The position numbers and the translations under genes are program-made. A DNA stretch of 64,000 nt from the NCBI GenBank assembly GCA_031428215.1, contig JANPOY010000234.1:57790-121789 (forward strand), written 5' to 3'. Below the pieces are notes generated by a model. The model had not been told where the DNA came from. It searched no databases and was given only the letters and a program-made list of their open reading frames with translations. Below, in pieces: positions 1 to 8,946 of this stretch (positions are counted from its first letter, which is position 1; each line of letters opens with the position of its first letter). This DNA is from Paracoccaceae bacterium. GTDB lineage: Bacteria; Pseudomonadota; Alphaproteobacteria; Rhodobacterales; Rhodobacteraceae.

Positions 1-545
1 ACGCATTTGCCAGCGGCCATCACGTCATGGATGTCGGCGGTGCGCTGCACTGCGGCCTGGTTGGAAAGTTCGCCCATCATGACATAGACGTTGGCTTTGT
101 CTTTGCCAGCGGCTTTCAACTGCGCGCAAACCTCGATGGTTTCCAGCGTGCCGCTGTCCACTTCGTTTGACGCGACAAATGCCTGGTTGTCTGGCATGGT
201 GTCGACGTTGATCGGCTGACGGTTCACATAGACCAGCGGGATATTGGCTGCAGCTGCCGCGTCCGACATCGCTTGGGTGGCCGAGGTGTCAACCGGGTTC
301 ACGATGATCGCGGATACGCCCGACGCGATGAAGTTGTTGATCTGGTCCAACTGCTTGGCCACATCGTTTTGTGCGTCTTCGATTTGTACCGACAGGCCCT
401 TGGCATCGGCATCGGCCTGAATGCCGTTGCGCAGAACGGTCAGGAAGTTGTCGTCGAACTTTGCCATCGAAACGCCAATCCCTTCAGCCATGGCGGTGGT
501 CGACAGAAGTGCCGCGAAGCCAGCAACAAGTAGAGTCTTTTTCAT
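1..545 (-). CDS. Sugar ABC transporter periplasmic binding protein, MocB/inositol-rhizopine-binding-like (3' end outside the window)
   Basis: Not in the ORF track. Translated by hand from ATG at 545: MKKTLLVAGFAALLSTTAMA-EGIGVSMAKFDDNFLTVLRNGIQ...IEDAQNDVAKQLDQINNFIASGVSAIIVNPVD. This is a Sec signal peptide followed by a PBP type I signature. RBS GGGAGGA lies upstream. Confidence 0.88.
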   Translation of the reverse strand, partial: MKKTLLVAGFAALLSTTAMAEGIGVSMAKFDDNFLTVLRNGIQADADAKGLSVQIEDAQNDVAKQLDQINNFIASGVSAIIVNPVDTSATQAMSDAAAAANIPLVYVNRQPINVDTMPDNQAFVASNEVDSGTLETIEVCAQLKAAGKDKANVYVMMGELSNQAAVQRTADIHDVMAAGKC

Positions 546-689
546 TGTTTATTCCTCCCAAAAAGGCCTGACGCCCAATACATCAGGCACTACGCAGTTC
601 AGTTCGCCCGGCGCTTGATGCGCCATTGGTGCGACTCGATCAGCCCGATAAGGTAGGCTGAAGAGTTTCTTGTGATCCGTCAACTCACT

Positions 690-705
690 TTGCAACCGGT
701 TGCAA
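690..705. promoter_or_regulatory. Perfect 16-bp palindrome TTGCAACCGGTTGCAA, LacI-family-type operator
   Basis: Exact inverted repeat with a central CG, 145 bp upstream of the binding-protein gene. It fits the LacI/GalR operator pattern TGxAAxCGxTTxCA. Confidence 0.65.
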
Positions 706-739
706 TTCCTTTCCACAAGGCTTGTGGTCACGCGACGGA

Positions 740-1546
740 TCAGGCTATTCCAGAAATTATATGGCTCATGCTGGCGCGGAGCGCGGCTGCAGGGTCTGGC
801 AATGCGTGAACAGACGGTGCAAACGCCTCGTATGAGACAGGGCCAGTATAGCCCGCCGACTGCAACGCAACGATCTGATCAATATTGCCAAGCCGGTCGT
901 CTGCACCCACCAGAACCCGGTGTGCGTCGGCCATCTGGCCCAAGGTCACCGTCTGATCGACCACGCCAGAGATGTGGATGATGCCGGTGTGTTCAGGAAA
1001 ATACGCGCCGCCATGTGCCAAAGTATGATGGAACGTGTCATGCACCAACTTCAAGCGCCCCTTGCCGCCAATCGCTTCGATGACCTCGACAGCTTCGGAT
1101 TTGTAGCGCAGCGCGCAGATCTCAAACCCCAAGGGTTCGACCATCCCCGTCAAACCATGATCTTCCAGCATTGGCTTCAACGCCTTGAGTGCCACGCGCA
1201 AAGCAGCCTGGCGTTCGCCGTTGCCCATGCCCAGATTGTCATTGCGCGGGATCAGGCTGACCGCTTCGGCGCCCGCCGCTTGGGCGATTTTCATCAGGGC
1301 CAGTGCTTCGGCGGCCTTGGTGTCGGACCAGTCGTTGAAGCGCTTGACTTCGGCCACCGCCAGCAGGCGCAGACCTTTGGCGCGGGCCAACTCGCCAGCG
1401 ACAGCCGGATCCATCCCGTCAAACAGCGGCTGCGGCAGGTCGTTGCGCACCTCAACCCCGATGCAGCCGAGGTCAGCGGCCAGATCCAGCAATTGAACAT
1501 AGGTCAGACGAGCAACTGTCATGTGGTTTAAAGCGAAAGCTGTCAT
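740..1546 (-). CDS. Sugar phosphate isomerase/epimerase, xylose-isomerase-like TIM barrel (IolI/MocC-like)
   Basis: ORF 740..1585; probable start MTAFALNH at 1546. Metal motifs VEPLG, VHDTFHH, IHISG and SYEAF are present. Confidence 0.82.
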   Translation of the reverse strand: MTAFALNHMTVARLTYVQLLDLAADLGCIGVEVRNDLPQPLFDGMDPAVAGELARAKGLRLLAVAEVKRFNDWSDTKAAEALALMKIAQAAGAEAVSLIPRNDNLGMGNGERQAALRVALKALKPMLEDHGLTGMVEPLGFEICALRYKSEAVEVIEAIGGKGRLKLVHDTFHHTLAHGGAYFPEHTGIIHISGVVDQTVTLGQMADAHRVLVGADDRLGNIDQIVALQSAGYTGPVSYEAFAPSVHALPDPAAALRASMSHIISGIA

Positions 1547-1695
1547 CGCATGGCCCCCTGCCGGATGGTTGTTGAAGCCGACCATGTTGGGCGCGGATCA
1601 ATAGGTCAATTCAGCGCATATGTTTTCACGTCAAAAATGATGTTAACCGCAAAACAGGATGATGTGAACTTCGTCAGATTGCAATCAGGGCTTTC

Positions 1696-2727
1696 TCAGA
1701 CCGACTCGGGCAGATACAAGTCCGGCGGCAGAAAATGCTGGGCTTGCAGCGGGGCGATACCACCGCGCACCGCCTCGGCCGCCAGTGCCACCAGATCGGC
1801 ACACAGCAATCCCAAAGGTGTGGCAATGGCCATGCCGACATAGCGCGAAATCAAGGCCGCGCGGCTTTCCGGTGTCAACTCGTTCACAATCAACGTCACT
1901 TCGCCCGCCGCGCGAACTTCGCGCAGCGCGGCAATGGCGCCCTCCATGCCGCCGCCCGCACAATAGATGCCCCGCAAATCCGGATGGCGGTTCAACAAAT
2001 CCAATGTCGCTTCATAGGTCAGCTGCCGGGTTTCAAGGTTCACCAGCGTGTCCAGCACGGTAAACTGTGGCGCATATTCGCGGAAATAACTGCGAAACCC
2101 GGTCTCACGCAGTTCATGCCCATGCCAGCGATACCCGCCGACAAACACCGCGATCTTGCCGGGCTGGTGACTGGACACCGCAATCATATGCGCGGCAATC
2201 CGGCCGATTTTCATATTGTTCAAGCCAAGATAGTTCTGCCGCACGCCTTGGGCAAAGTCATTCAGCAAAGCAAAACAGGGAATGCCCTTGGCGTTCAGCC
2301 GGATGACCGCTTCGGTCACATCGGGATGGGTGACGGCGGTGGCTGCGACCACATCAACGCGCGTACCCAGATTGTCCATTATGGCCGCAAAGTCGGCCGG
2401 AGTTTGTGACGGTGCAAATTCGATCACCACCGAAGCCCGCAGCCCCGTGGCCTGAGCGACGGCCCGCTCAAGTTCGAGTTTGAAGGTCTGATAGAAGGCC
2501 TGCTTTTCCTTGTGCAGCACCACCCCGAGGCGCAGACGCGGCAGATCCATCTGCACCCGCTGCCCGATCAACGGGGCCGCATGGTATCCGACCAGCCGTG
2601 CCGCCTCGTAGACCCGCCGCGCGGTGTCTTCGCGCACCTTTTCGCGCGCGTTCAGCACCCGGTCAACCGTTGCACTTGAAACGCCGGCCTCTCGGGCGAC
2701 ATCGTGGATTGTGGGCCTGCGGGTCAT
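1696..2727 (-). CDS. LacI family transcriptional regulator
   Basis: N-terminal HTH PTIHDVAREAGVSSATVDRVLN followed by a PBP-like ligand domain. Start taken at MTRRPT (2727). Confidence 0.92.
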   Translation of the reverse strand: MTRRPTIHDVAREAGVSSATVDRVLNAREKVREDTARRVYEAARLVGYHAAPLIGQRVQMDLPRLRLGVVLHKEKQAFYQTFKLELERAVAQATGLRASVVIEFAPSQTPADFAAIMDNLGTRVDVVAATAVTHPDVTEAVIRLNAKGIPCFALLNDFAQGVRQNYLGLNNMKIGRIAAHMIAVSSHQPGKIAVFVGGYRWHGHELRETGFRSYFREYAPQFTVLDTLVNLETRQLTYEATLDLLNRHPDLRGIYCAGGGMEGAIAALREVRAAGEVTLIVNELTPESRAALISRYVGMAIATPLGLLCADLVALAAEAVRGGIAPLQAQHFLPPDLYLPESV

Positions 2728-2900
2728 GGCGTTTCCTGACGAAGCAACATCATTTACCCCACAATCCTGATGGTTTTTGATGCGACTTGCAACCATGCCT
2801 ATTGGAAGATCACGGTTCTGAGGTCTATCGAAGAGGCAAGCCTGACATTAGGGTCGAACTCTGGGCACCAAAGCCGGATACCAGCATCAAAGAGGACGAA

Positions 2901-3992
2901 ATGGGACAGCGAGATTACAGCCCCTTTGGCGCAGATGCCAAACGCGCTCTGGAAAGTGGGCTGACAGCGGCGCATTGGTATCACACCGAAGTGCCGCGCA
3001 AAGTCATGAAAGATCTGATGGCCCGCAGTGATACTCCGGCCATAAGGGACACACTTGTGCTTTACGGCCTGATGATCGCATTTGCCAGTCTGGGCATCGC
3101 GCTTTGGCCAAGCTGGTGGTCGGCACCGTTCTGGCTGGCTTACGGCGTGCTCTACGGATCGGCTTCCGATTCGCGTTGGCACGAATGTGGGCACGGCACG
3201 CCGTTTCGCACCCCTTGGATGAACGCCGTGGTGTTTGAAATTGCGTCCTTCATGATCATGCGCAATTCGGCCACTTGGCGGTGGAGCCACGCACGGCACC
3301 ACTCGGAAACCTACATCATCGGACGTGACCCCGAAATCGCGGTGATGCGGCCGACCGTCTTTGCCAAACTGTTGCTGAATTTTTTTGGCGTTTTCGATGT
3401 TCTGGCCTTTGTCCCGACCATGGTGCGCAACGCGATCTCTGGTCCGACCGCCGCCGAAAAGACCTTTGTACCACAAAGCGAATGGCCCAAGGTTCAGAAG
3501 GTGGCGCAAATCCATCTGGCAATCTATCTGGCGACCATCGGGCTTGCCCTCTGGATGGGGTCGATCCTGCCGCTGATGGTGATCGGTCTGCCGCGCCTTT
3601 ACGGTGCGTGGCACCACGTCATGACCGGATTGCTGCAGCATGGCGGGCTGGCCGACAACGTCATCGACCATCGGTTGAACAGCCGCACGGTGCTGATGAA
3701 CCCGATCAGCCGTTTCATCTACTGGAACATGAACTATCACGTCGAGCATCACATGTTCCCGATGGTGCCCTACCACGCCCTGCCCCGCCTGCATGAGCTG
3801 ATCAAAGGCGACTTGCCGGCTCCCAACCGCTCTATCGCCGAAGGATTTGCAGAAATGTGGCCCGCGCTGAAGCGGCAGATGTTGCAAGAGGATTACTTTG
3901 TGAAACGCGCGCTGCCGCCCAGTGCAAAACCCTATCGCGAAGATTTCAACAACTATGTTCCGGGCGCTATGGCCCCTGATGCTGCGGAGTAA
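2901..3992 (+). CDS. mocD: MocD-like membrane di-iron oxygenase (fatty-acid desaturase family)
   Basis: His boxes HECGH, HARHH and YHVEHH, plus TM segments. RBS GAGGA precedes ATG 2901. A Rieske ferredoxin follows directly. Confidence 0.85.
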   Translation: MGQRDYSPFGADAKRALESGLTAAHWYHTEVPRKVMKDLMARSDTPAIRDTLVLYGLMIAFASLGIALWPSWWSAPFWLAYGVLYGSASDSRWHECGHGTPFRTPWMNAVVFEIASFMIMRNSATWRWSHARHHSETYIIGRDPEIAVMRPTVFAKLLLNFFGVFDVLAFVPTMVRNAISGPTAAEKTFVPQSEWPKVQKVAQIHLAIYLATIGLALWMGSILPLMVIGLPRLYGAWHHVMTGLLQHGGLADNVIDHRLNSRTVLMNPISRFIYWNMNYHVEHHMFPMVPYHALPRLHELIKGDLPAPNRSIAEGFAEMWPALKRQMLQEDYFVKRALPPSAKPYREDFNNYVPGAMAPDAAE

Positions 3993-3993
3993 G

Positions 3994-4308
3994 ATGATGC
4001 CTTGGATTGATGCCTGCGCCACCGACGATATCGACGAAGAAGATCTGATCCGTTTTGACCATGGCGGAAAAAGCTATGCCATCTACCACGGGGTCGATGG
4101 CAAGTTCTATGCCACCGCCGGGCTTTGCACGCATGAACAGGTGCATCTGTGTGATGGGCTGGTGATGGATTTCATGATCGAATGCCCCAAGCACAATGGC
4201 CAGTTCGATTACCGCACCGGCGAGGCGATGCGCGCACCGGTCTGCGTCAACCTCAAGACCTTCCCGGTCAAGGTTGACGGCGACCGCGTGCTGATCGAGG
4301 TCGCGTAA
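3994..4308 (+). CDS. mocE: MocE-like Rieske 2Fe-2S ferredoxin
   Basis: Rieske motifs CTHE and IECPKHNGQFD. Starts 1 nt after the mocD stop. Confidence 0.88.
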   Translation: MMPWIDACATDDIDEEDLIRFDHGGKSYAIYHGVDGKFYATAGLCTHEQVHLCDGLVMDFMIECPKHNGQFDYRTGEAMRAPVCVNLKTFPVKVDGDRVLIEVA

Positions 4309-4309
4309 G

Positions 4310-5107
4310 ATGGCCCGCCTGACGGTCAAAGACCTGTTGGACCAGCGCGGCAAGCATCAGTTTGCCATGCTGCGGGTTGAAACTCTGGACGAGGCCGCGG
4401 CAGCGTCCAAGGCGGGGGTGGAATTGTTGTCTGTGCCCCCGGCGATGGTGTTTGACCGCCACTTCCGCGAGGTGGCGCCGGATGCCTTTATCTTCCCCGG
4501 CGACAATTTCTATGAAATCGGCGGCAGCGAGGATTTCCTGAAATGGGCCTTTCCGCTGTTCAAACACGGCGCGGATGCGTTTTATTGCTCGGGCTCCATG
4601 GGCACCATCCGTGCCATGACCGACCACGGCTTGCCGGTGTGCGGCCATGTCGGGCTGATCCCGTCCAAAGCCACCTGGACCGGCGGTTTCAAGGCGGTTG
4701 GCAAGACGCTCGACAGTGCAAAACTGGTCTGGGCGCAGTGCAAGGCGGCGGAAGAGGCCGGGGCTTTCGCGGTGGAAATCGAAGTGGTCCCCCATGCCAT
4801 CACCCAAGCGATTGCCGAAAAGACCAACCTGTTCCTGATCTCGATGGGGGCTGGGGCGGCAGGACATGCACAGTATCTGTTCAGCGATGATGTGCTGGGA
4901 CAAAACCGCGGTCGGGTGCCGCGCCATGCCAAGGTCTATGCCAATTTCGCCGCCGAACATGACCGGCTGCAAGAGTTGCGCATCGCCGCGATGAGCCAGT
5001 TTGCCCGTGACGTGCACGGCGGCGACTATCCCGCGTCGCAGTATCTGGTGGAAGGTGAAAGCGAAGTCACAGCCTCCTTTCGGGACTGGCTGGACCAGAA
5101 CACCTAA
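4310..5107 (+). CDS. PanB-like (ketopantoate hydroxymethyltransferase fold) protein with a divergent active site
   Basis: The C-terminal half resembles PanB (CGHVGLIPS, AGAFAVEIEVVP, ISMGAG, QYLFSDDVLG, PRHAKVY). The canonical VGDS and VKxEG motifs are absent. Confidence 0.75.
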   Translation: MARLTVKDLLDQRGKHQFAMLRVETLDEAAAASKAGVELLSVPPAMVFDRHFREVAPDAFIFPGDNFYEIGGSEDFLKWAFPLFKHGADAFYCSGSMGTIRAMTDHGLPVCGHVGLIPSKATWTGGFKAVGKTLDSAKLVWAQCKAAEEAGAFAVEIEVVPHAITQAIAEKTNLFLISMGAGAAGHAQYLFSDDVLGQNRGRVPRHAKVYANFAAEHDRLQELRIAAMSQFARDVHGGDYPASQYLVEGESEVTASFRDWLDQNT

Positions 5108-5349
5108 AGCGCGTTTCTGTCCATCTGAGTCAGATTGAAGGAAACCCAAGACCAGACGGGCCGGTGACTGTTGCATGCTGCGTGCAACCGGCGCGTTGAC
5201 ACGTCGGTGGGCATGGCTGTTGCTCAGCCCGGCGATCACGGCGTTGGTGGGAGCGTCGAATGTGCCGCCGAAGGCCAGTTCCGGCAACATCGGTTGCAGC
5301 ATCCATGCGCGGGTTTGGGACGATCCCGCGACCCGGCTTTGACGCTTGA

Positions 5350-5378
5350 AAACGGCCCCCAAGGTTCGGGGGCCGTTT
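5350..5378 (-). terminator. Rho-independent terminator downstream of the TRAP binding-protein gene
   Basis: Perfect 11-bp stem AAACGGCCCCC/GGGGGCCGTTT with a 7-nt loop, ending in TTTT on the minus strand, 14 bp past the dctP stop. Confidence 0.75.
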
Positions 5379-5392
5379 GCTCGTTTCAGCGG

Positions 5393-6454
5393 TTATTGCA
5401 GGTCTTTGGCCCGTTCTGCGTCCACCATCGCCTGAGCCGCGACGACCGAGGCGTCGAAAGACGCCAGCACTTCGGGGCCGCCTTTCACATTGGCTTTGAA
5501 CCAGTCCATCACCGGGGCAACGGCGGTTTTGAAGGCGGCTTTTTCCGCGGCCGTTGGCACATAGACCTCACCCCCAGCGGCCTTGAAATCGGCATAGGCC
5601 TGAATTTCCTTGCGCTTGGGGCTGGCAAAGGTCGCCTGTTGCAGGGCGGCAAAACCATCCACCACGATCTGCTTTTGGGCGTCGGTCAGGCTGGAAAAAC
5701 GATCCTGGCCCATCCACCAGAACGCGCCCATGTAGGAATGACCATCCAGCGTCAGGTATTTCACGCCGGCATCGGTGAACTTCATCGACATAATGTCGGT
5801 GATGCCATTGGCCGTGCCTTCCACAACGCCCGTCTGCAACGAGGTGAAAAGTTCCGGCCACGGAATGGGGGTCGGTGCCGCACCAAGCGTGGTGGCCAGA
5901 AACTGCGGCAGATCGGCCGGAACCGTGCGCATCTTCAGGCCGGCCAGATCGGCGGGGGCAGCCACACGTTGCTTGGTATTGGCATAGTTGCGCCAGCCGC
6001 CGGTGTTGCCGATGGTCATCAGGCGGATCTTGTCACCCGAATCCGCCAGAGCCATGCTGCGCAGGGTCTTGGTGAAATCGGTCTGGGTCAGCACGGCCTC
6101 GGCCACGCGGTCATCCGACATCAGGTAAGGCAGGTCCAGCACCTGAATATAGGGGAACAGACCCGCCGCCCCGCCCGAGGTGGAGATGTAGACGTCGATC
6201 GAGCCATCCGCGACACCGGCCAGACATTCATCGCCCTTGGCGCACAGCTGGGTGCCGATGAACAGCTCTACCTTCATCGCGCCGTTCGAAGCGTTTTCGA
6301 CATAGTTCTTGAAGACGACAAGACCGTCATAATCCTCATCGGTCTCATTCGAATTGGCGGTGGCGCGCAGGGTGATCTCTTGCGCCAGGGCCAGGCTGGC
6401 AGACCCTGCCAGCAGCGCGGCCATGACCGCAGTTTTAAGTGTTTTCATCAACAT
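5393..6454 (-). CDS. dctP: TRAP transporter substrate-binding protein (DctP family), probably for a sulfosugar
   Basis: Signal peptide, DLAGLKMRT and PIPWPELFTSLQTGVVEG motifs. RBS AGGGAG precedes ATG 6454. Confidence 0.9.
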   Translation of the reverse strand: MLMKTLKTAVMAALLAGSASLALAQEITLRATANSNETDEDYDGLVVFKNYVENASNGAMKVELFIGTQLCAKGDECLAGVADGSIDVYISTSGGAAGLFPYIQVLDLPYLMSDDRVAEAVLTQTDFTKTLRSMALADSGDKIRLMTIGNTGGWRNYANTKQRVAAPADLAGLKMRTVPADLPQFLATTLGAAPTPIPWPELFTSLQTGVVEGTANGITDIMSMKFTDAGVKYLTLDGHSYMGAFWWMGQDRFSSLTDAQKQIVVDGFAALQQATFASPKRKEIQAYADFKAAGGEVYVPTAAEKAAFKTAVAPVMDWFKANVKGGPEVLASFDASVVAAQAMVDAERAKDLQ

Positions 6455-6488
6455 GGTCTTCTCCCTTGGTTTTTTGTGGTTGTTCAAT

Positions 6489-7781
6489 TCAGTCAACAAA
6501 CCCCGCCAATCGTGGCAAGGTCAGCGAAATGGCCGGGATATAGGTGACCAGCAGGATCACCAGAAATTCCACAGCCAGAAAGGGCAGGACCGCGCGGGCA
6601 ATGGTTTCCACCCGCAGGCCCGACACGGCAGAGGTTGCAAACAACACCAGCCCCATCGGCGGGGTCAGCAGGCCCACGGTCAGGTTGATCACCATCACCA
6701 CGGCGAAATGCACCGGATCCACGCCCATCTGCACAAAGATCGGGGCCAGGATCGGGCCCAGAATGATGATCGCGGGCCCGGCATCCAGAAACATGCCGAC
6801 AATGAACAGCAAGATGTTGACCAGCAGCAACAACAGCAACGGGTTCTCCGTGATGCCCAGCAGCCCTGCCGCCAGAAGTTCCGGGGTGTGGGCCAGGGCG
6901 GCCACCGTCTTGAAGGCCATGGCGGCCCCCACCAGCAACATCACCACGGATGAGGTGATGCCCGCCCGTGTCAACACACTGGGCACGTCGCGCCAGGTCA
7001 GCGTTTTCAGCACGAAAAGCGAGATGAAAAAACTGTAACCCACCGTCACCGCCGCCGCCTCGGTCGGCGTGAACACTCCGGTCAGGATACCACCCATCAG
7101 CAGAATGGGCGTCAGCAGCGGCCAGAAAGCCGCACCCCCCGCCCGCCCCGCCTCGCGCCAGCTGGCACGGGGCAAAGCGGCGGGCAGTCTGTAGCGATTG
7201 GCCATCAGCTTGATCGTGATCATCAGCGCAATGCCGATCAGAATGCCCGGCACGATCCCGGCGAGAAACAGCGCCGCCACGCTTTCGCCCATCACATAGG
7301 CATAGATGATCATGATGCCCGACGGTGGAATGATCGGCCCGATGATGGCACTGGCGGCGGTGATCGCAGCGGCAAAGGGCTTGGGGTACCCTTTGGCCTC
7401 CATCTGCGGAATGATGATCGACCCCAAAGCCGAGACATCGGCCACCGCCGACCCGGAAATCCCGGCAAACAGCATGGAATCCACGACGTTCACCTGCGCA
7501 AGGCCAGCCCGGAAATGCCCGACCATTGCCTGCGCAAACCCCACGATCCGCGCCGAGATGCCGCCGCGGTTCATCAACTCGCCCGCAAGCATGAAGAACG
7601 GAATCGCCATCAGGGGGAAGCTGTTCATGCCCTCATAGACATTGCGGTACAGCAGCACGATGTCGCGCTCTTGCCCGTTCACCCACAGCAAGATGGCAGG
7701 CGAGGCCAGCAGACCAAAGACCACAGGCAGGCCCAGCAGCAGAAAGATGATGAAAAGCGGCAGGAAAAAACTCAGCATCAC
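6489..7781 (-). CDS. dctM: TRAP transporter large permease (DctM)
   Basis: Motifs AIPFFMLAGELM, FAGISGSAVAD, GPIIPPS, FTPTEAA and GLLTPPMG. Confidence 0.93.
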   Translation of the reverse strand: MMLSFFLPLFIIFLLLGLPVVFGLLASPAILLWVNGQERDIVLLYRNVYEGMNSFPLMAIPFFMLAGELMNRGGISARIVGFAQAMVGHFRAGLAQVNVVDSMLFAGISGSAVADVSALGSIIIPQMEAKGYPKPFAAAITAASAIIGPIIPPSGIMIIYAYVMGESVAALFLAGIVPGILIGIALMITIKLMANRYRLPAALPRASWREAGRAGGAAFWPLLTPILLMGGILTGVFTPTEAAAVTVGYSFFISLFVLKTLTWRDVPSVLTRAGITSSVVMLLVGAAMAFKTVAALAHTPELLAAGLLGITENPLLLLLLVNILLFIVGMFLDAGPAIIILGPILAPIFVQMGVDPVHFAVVMVINLTVGLLTPPMGLVLFATSAVSGLRVETIARAVLPFLAVEFLVILLVTYIPAISLTLPRLAGFVD

Positions 7782-8374
7782 TCGGCCCCCGATCCCAAGG
7801 TGATGGTTTCGGGAATGCTGCGCAGGCCATCGGGTCCTTGGATCAGGATGCAGAGGTTGCGCAAGACCAGTTCAACCGCCACCAGCAACAAAAGCGCCAC
7901 CCCGACCAGCAAAGATGCCATCATAGCGGACTTGGGCACCTTGACCCAGACCGACAGGTCCAGCGCGGCTGGTGCGCGCAGCGCATCCAACTCGAACCGG
8001 CCCCCCAGGCCCGTGACCTCAGACCACCCAATGCCAAGGGCGATCCACAGAACCAGAATCGCCAGCGACATCAGCAGCACCGAAAGCGCGGTGGCAACCA
8101 TCCGCGGCAGCAGCCGAACCACCATGTCTATTGCCACAAAGCCGCCGCGTCGAAAGGCAGTGGGGGCCATCAGTCCGGTGGACCACAACATCAGGAACCG
8201 CGACGCCTCTTCAGGCCAGGGCAGCGCATGACCCAGCACATAGCGGAAAAACACCTGCATCAGGATCACGACCACCATCAGGCCCAGGCATGCCGCGCCC
8301 AGCCAGCGGCCAAGCGTCAGCAGCGCGGCATTCACCACGCCCAAGCCGTTGGCAAAGCTCAGTAACACTCCCAA
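7778..8374 (-). CDS. dctQ: TRAP transporter small permease (DctQ)
   Basis: QVFFRYVLG...WPEEASRFLMLW motif and 4 TM helices. Overlaps the dctM start by 4 nt. Confidence 0.88.
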   Translation of the reverse strand: MGVLLSFANGLGVVNAALLTLGRWLGAACLGLMVVVILMQVFFRYVLGHALPWPEEASRFLMLWSTGLMAPTAFRRGGFVAIDMVVRLLPRMVATALSVLLMSLAILVLWIALGIGWSEVTGLGGRFELDALRAPAALDLSVWVKVPKSAMMASLLVGVALLLLVAVELVLRNLCILIQGPDGLRSIPETITLGSGAE

Positions 8375-8430
8375 ACGTCACCCCCCCTTTTCGCCCCGCA
8401 ACCAAGTCGGGGCGGTGTTTGCCTGTGCCG

Positions 8431-8946
8431 TCAGGCAGCGGCAAACCGTCCGATCTGGCCTTTTGCAAAGACCAGTGCCGCGCCGTCCTGACAGACGACA
8501 CGGGCCACGCGCCCCACGACGATCAGATGATCGCCTCCCTCGTGGGTTGCGTGTTGTTCACATTCAAATCGCGCCAACGCGCCTGCAATCAGCGGCACGT
8601 TTTGGTGGTTCAGGTCATGGTCCAATCCGTCAAAGCCGGGACCGGCGCTGTTGAACCGTGCAATCAGACCGGTTTGATCGGCGGCCAGCACATGGATGGC
8701 AAAATGGCGCGCCATGGCAAAATGCGGAAACCGGCGCGCGGCTCTGGCCAGCGACCACAGAACCAGTGGCGGGTCCATCGACAGGCTGGAAAAACTGTTG
8801 GCGGTGAATCCCATCGGGCCGCTGTCCGCATTGACGGTGACAATCGTGACGCCGGTGGCAAAGCTGCCCAAAGCATCGCGAAAGGCGCGGCTGGTGTCGG
8901 CGGTCGGGATAAACCCTTGCTCCAAGATTGATCCGCCGTCTGCCAT
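8431..8946 (-). CDS. Flavin reductase (SmoA-like)
   Basis: Motifs FRDALGSFATGVTIVT, ANSFSSLSMDPPLVLWS and GGDHLIVVG. Coupled to the AKR stop codon. Confidence 0.9.
   Translation of the reverse strand: MADGGSILEQGFIPTADTSRAFRDALGSFATGVTIVTVNADSGPMGFTANSFSSLSMDPPLVLWSLARAARRFPHFAMARHFAIHVLAADQTGLIARFNSAGPGFDGLDHDLNHQNVPLIAGALARFECEQHATHEGGDHLIVVGRVARVVCQDGAALVFAKGQIGRFAAA

Noticed and set aside
4310-5107. Canonical panB
   Set aside because: Key metal-binding and catalytic motifs are missing, no panC is adjacent, and the context is catabolic.
2799-6547. Long ORFs 2799..4022 (-), 4268..5362 (-) and 5171..6547 (+)
   Set aside because: Antisense to mocD, the PanB-like gene and dctP, all of which have clear family motifs.
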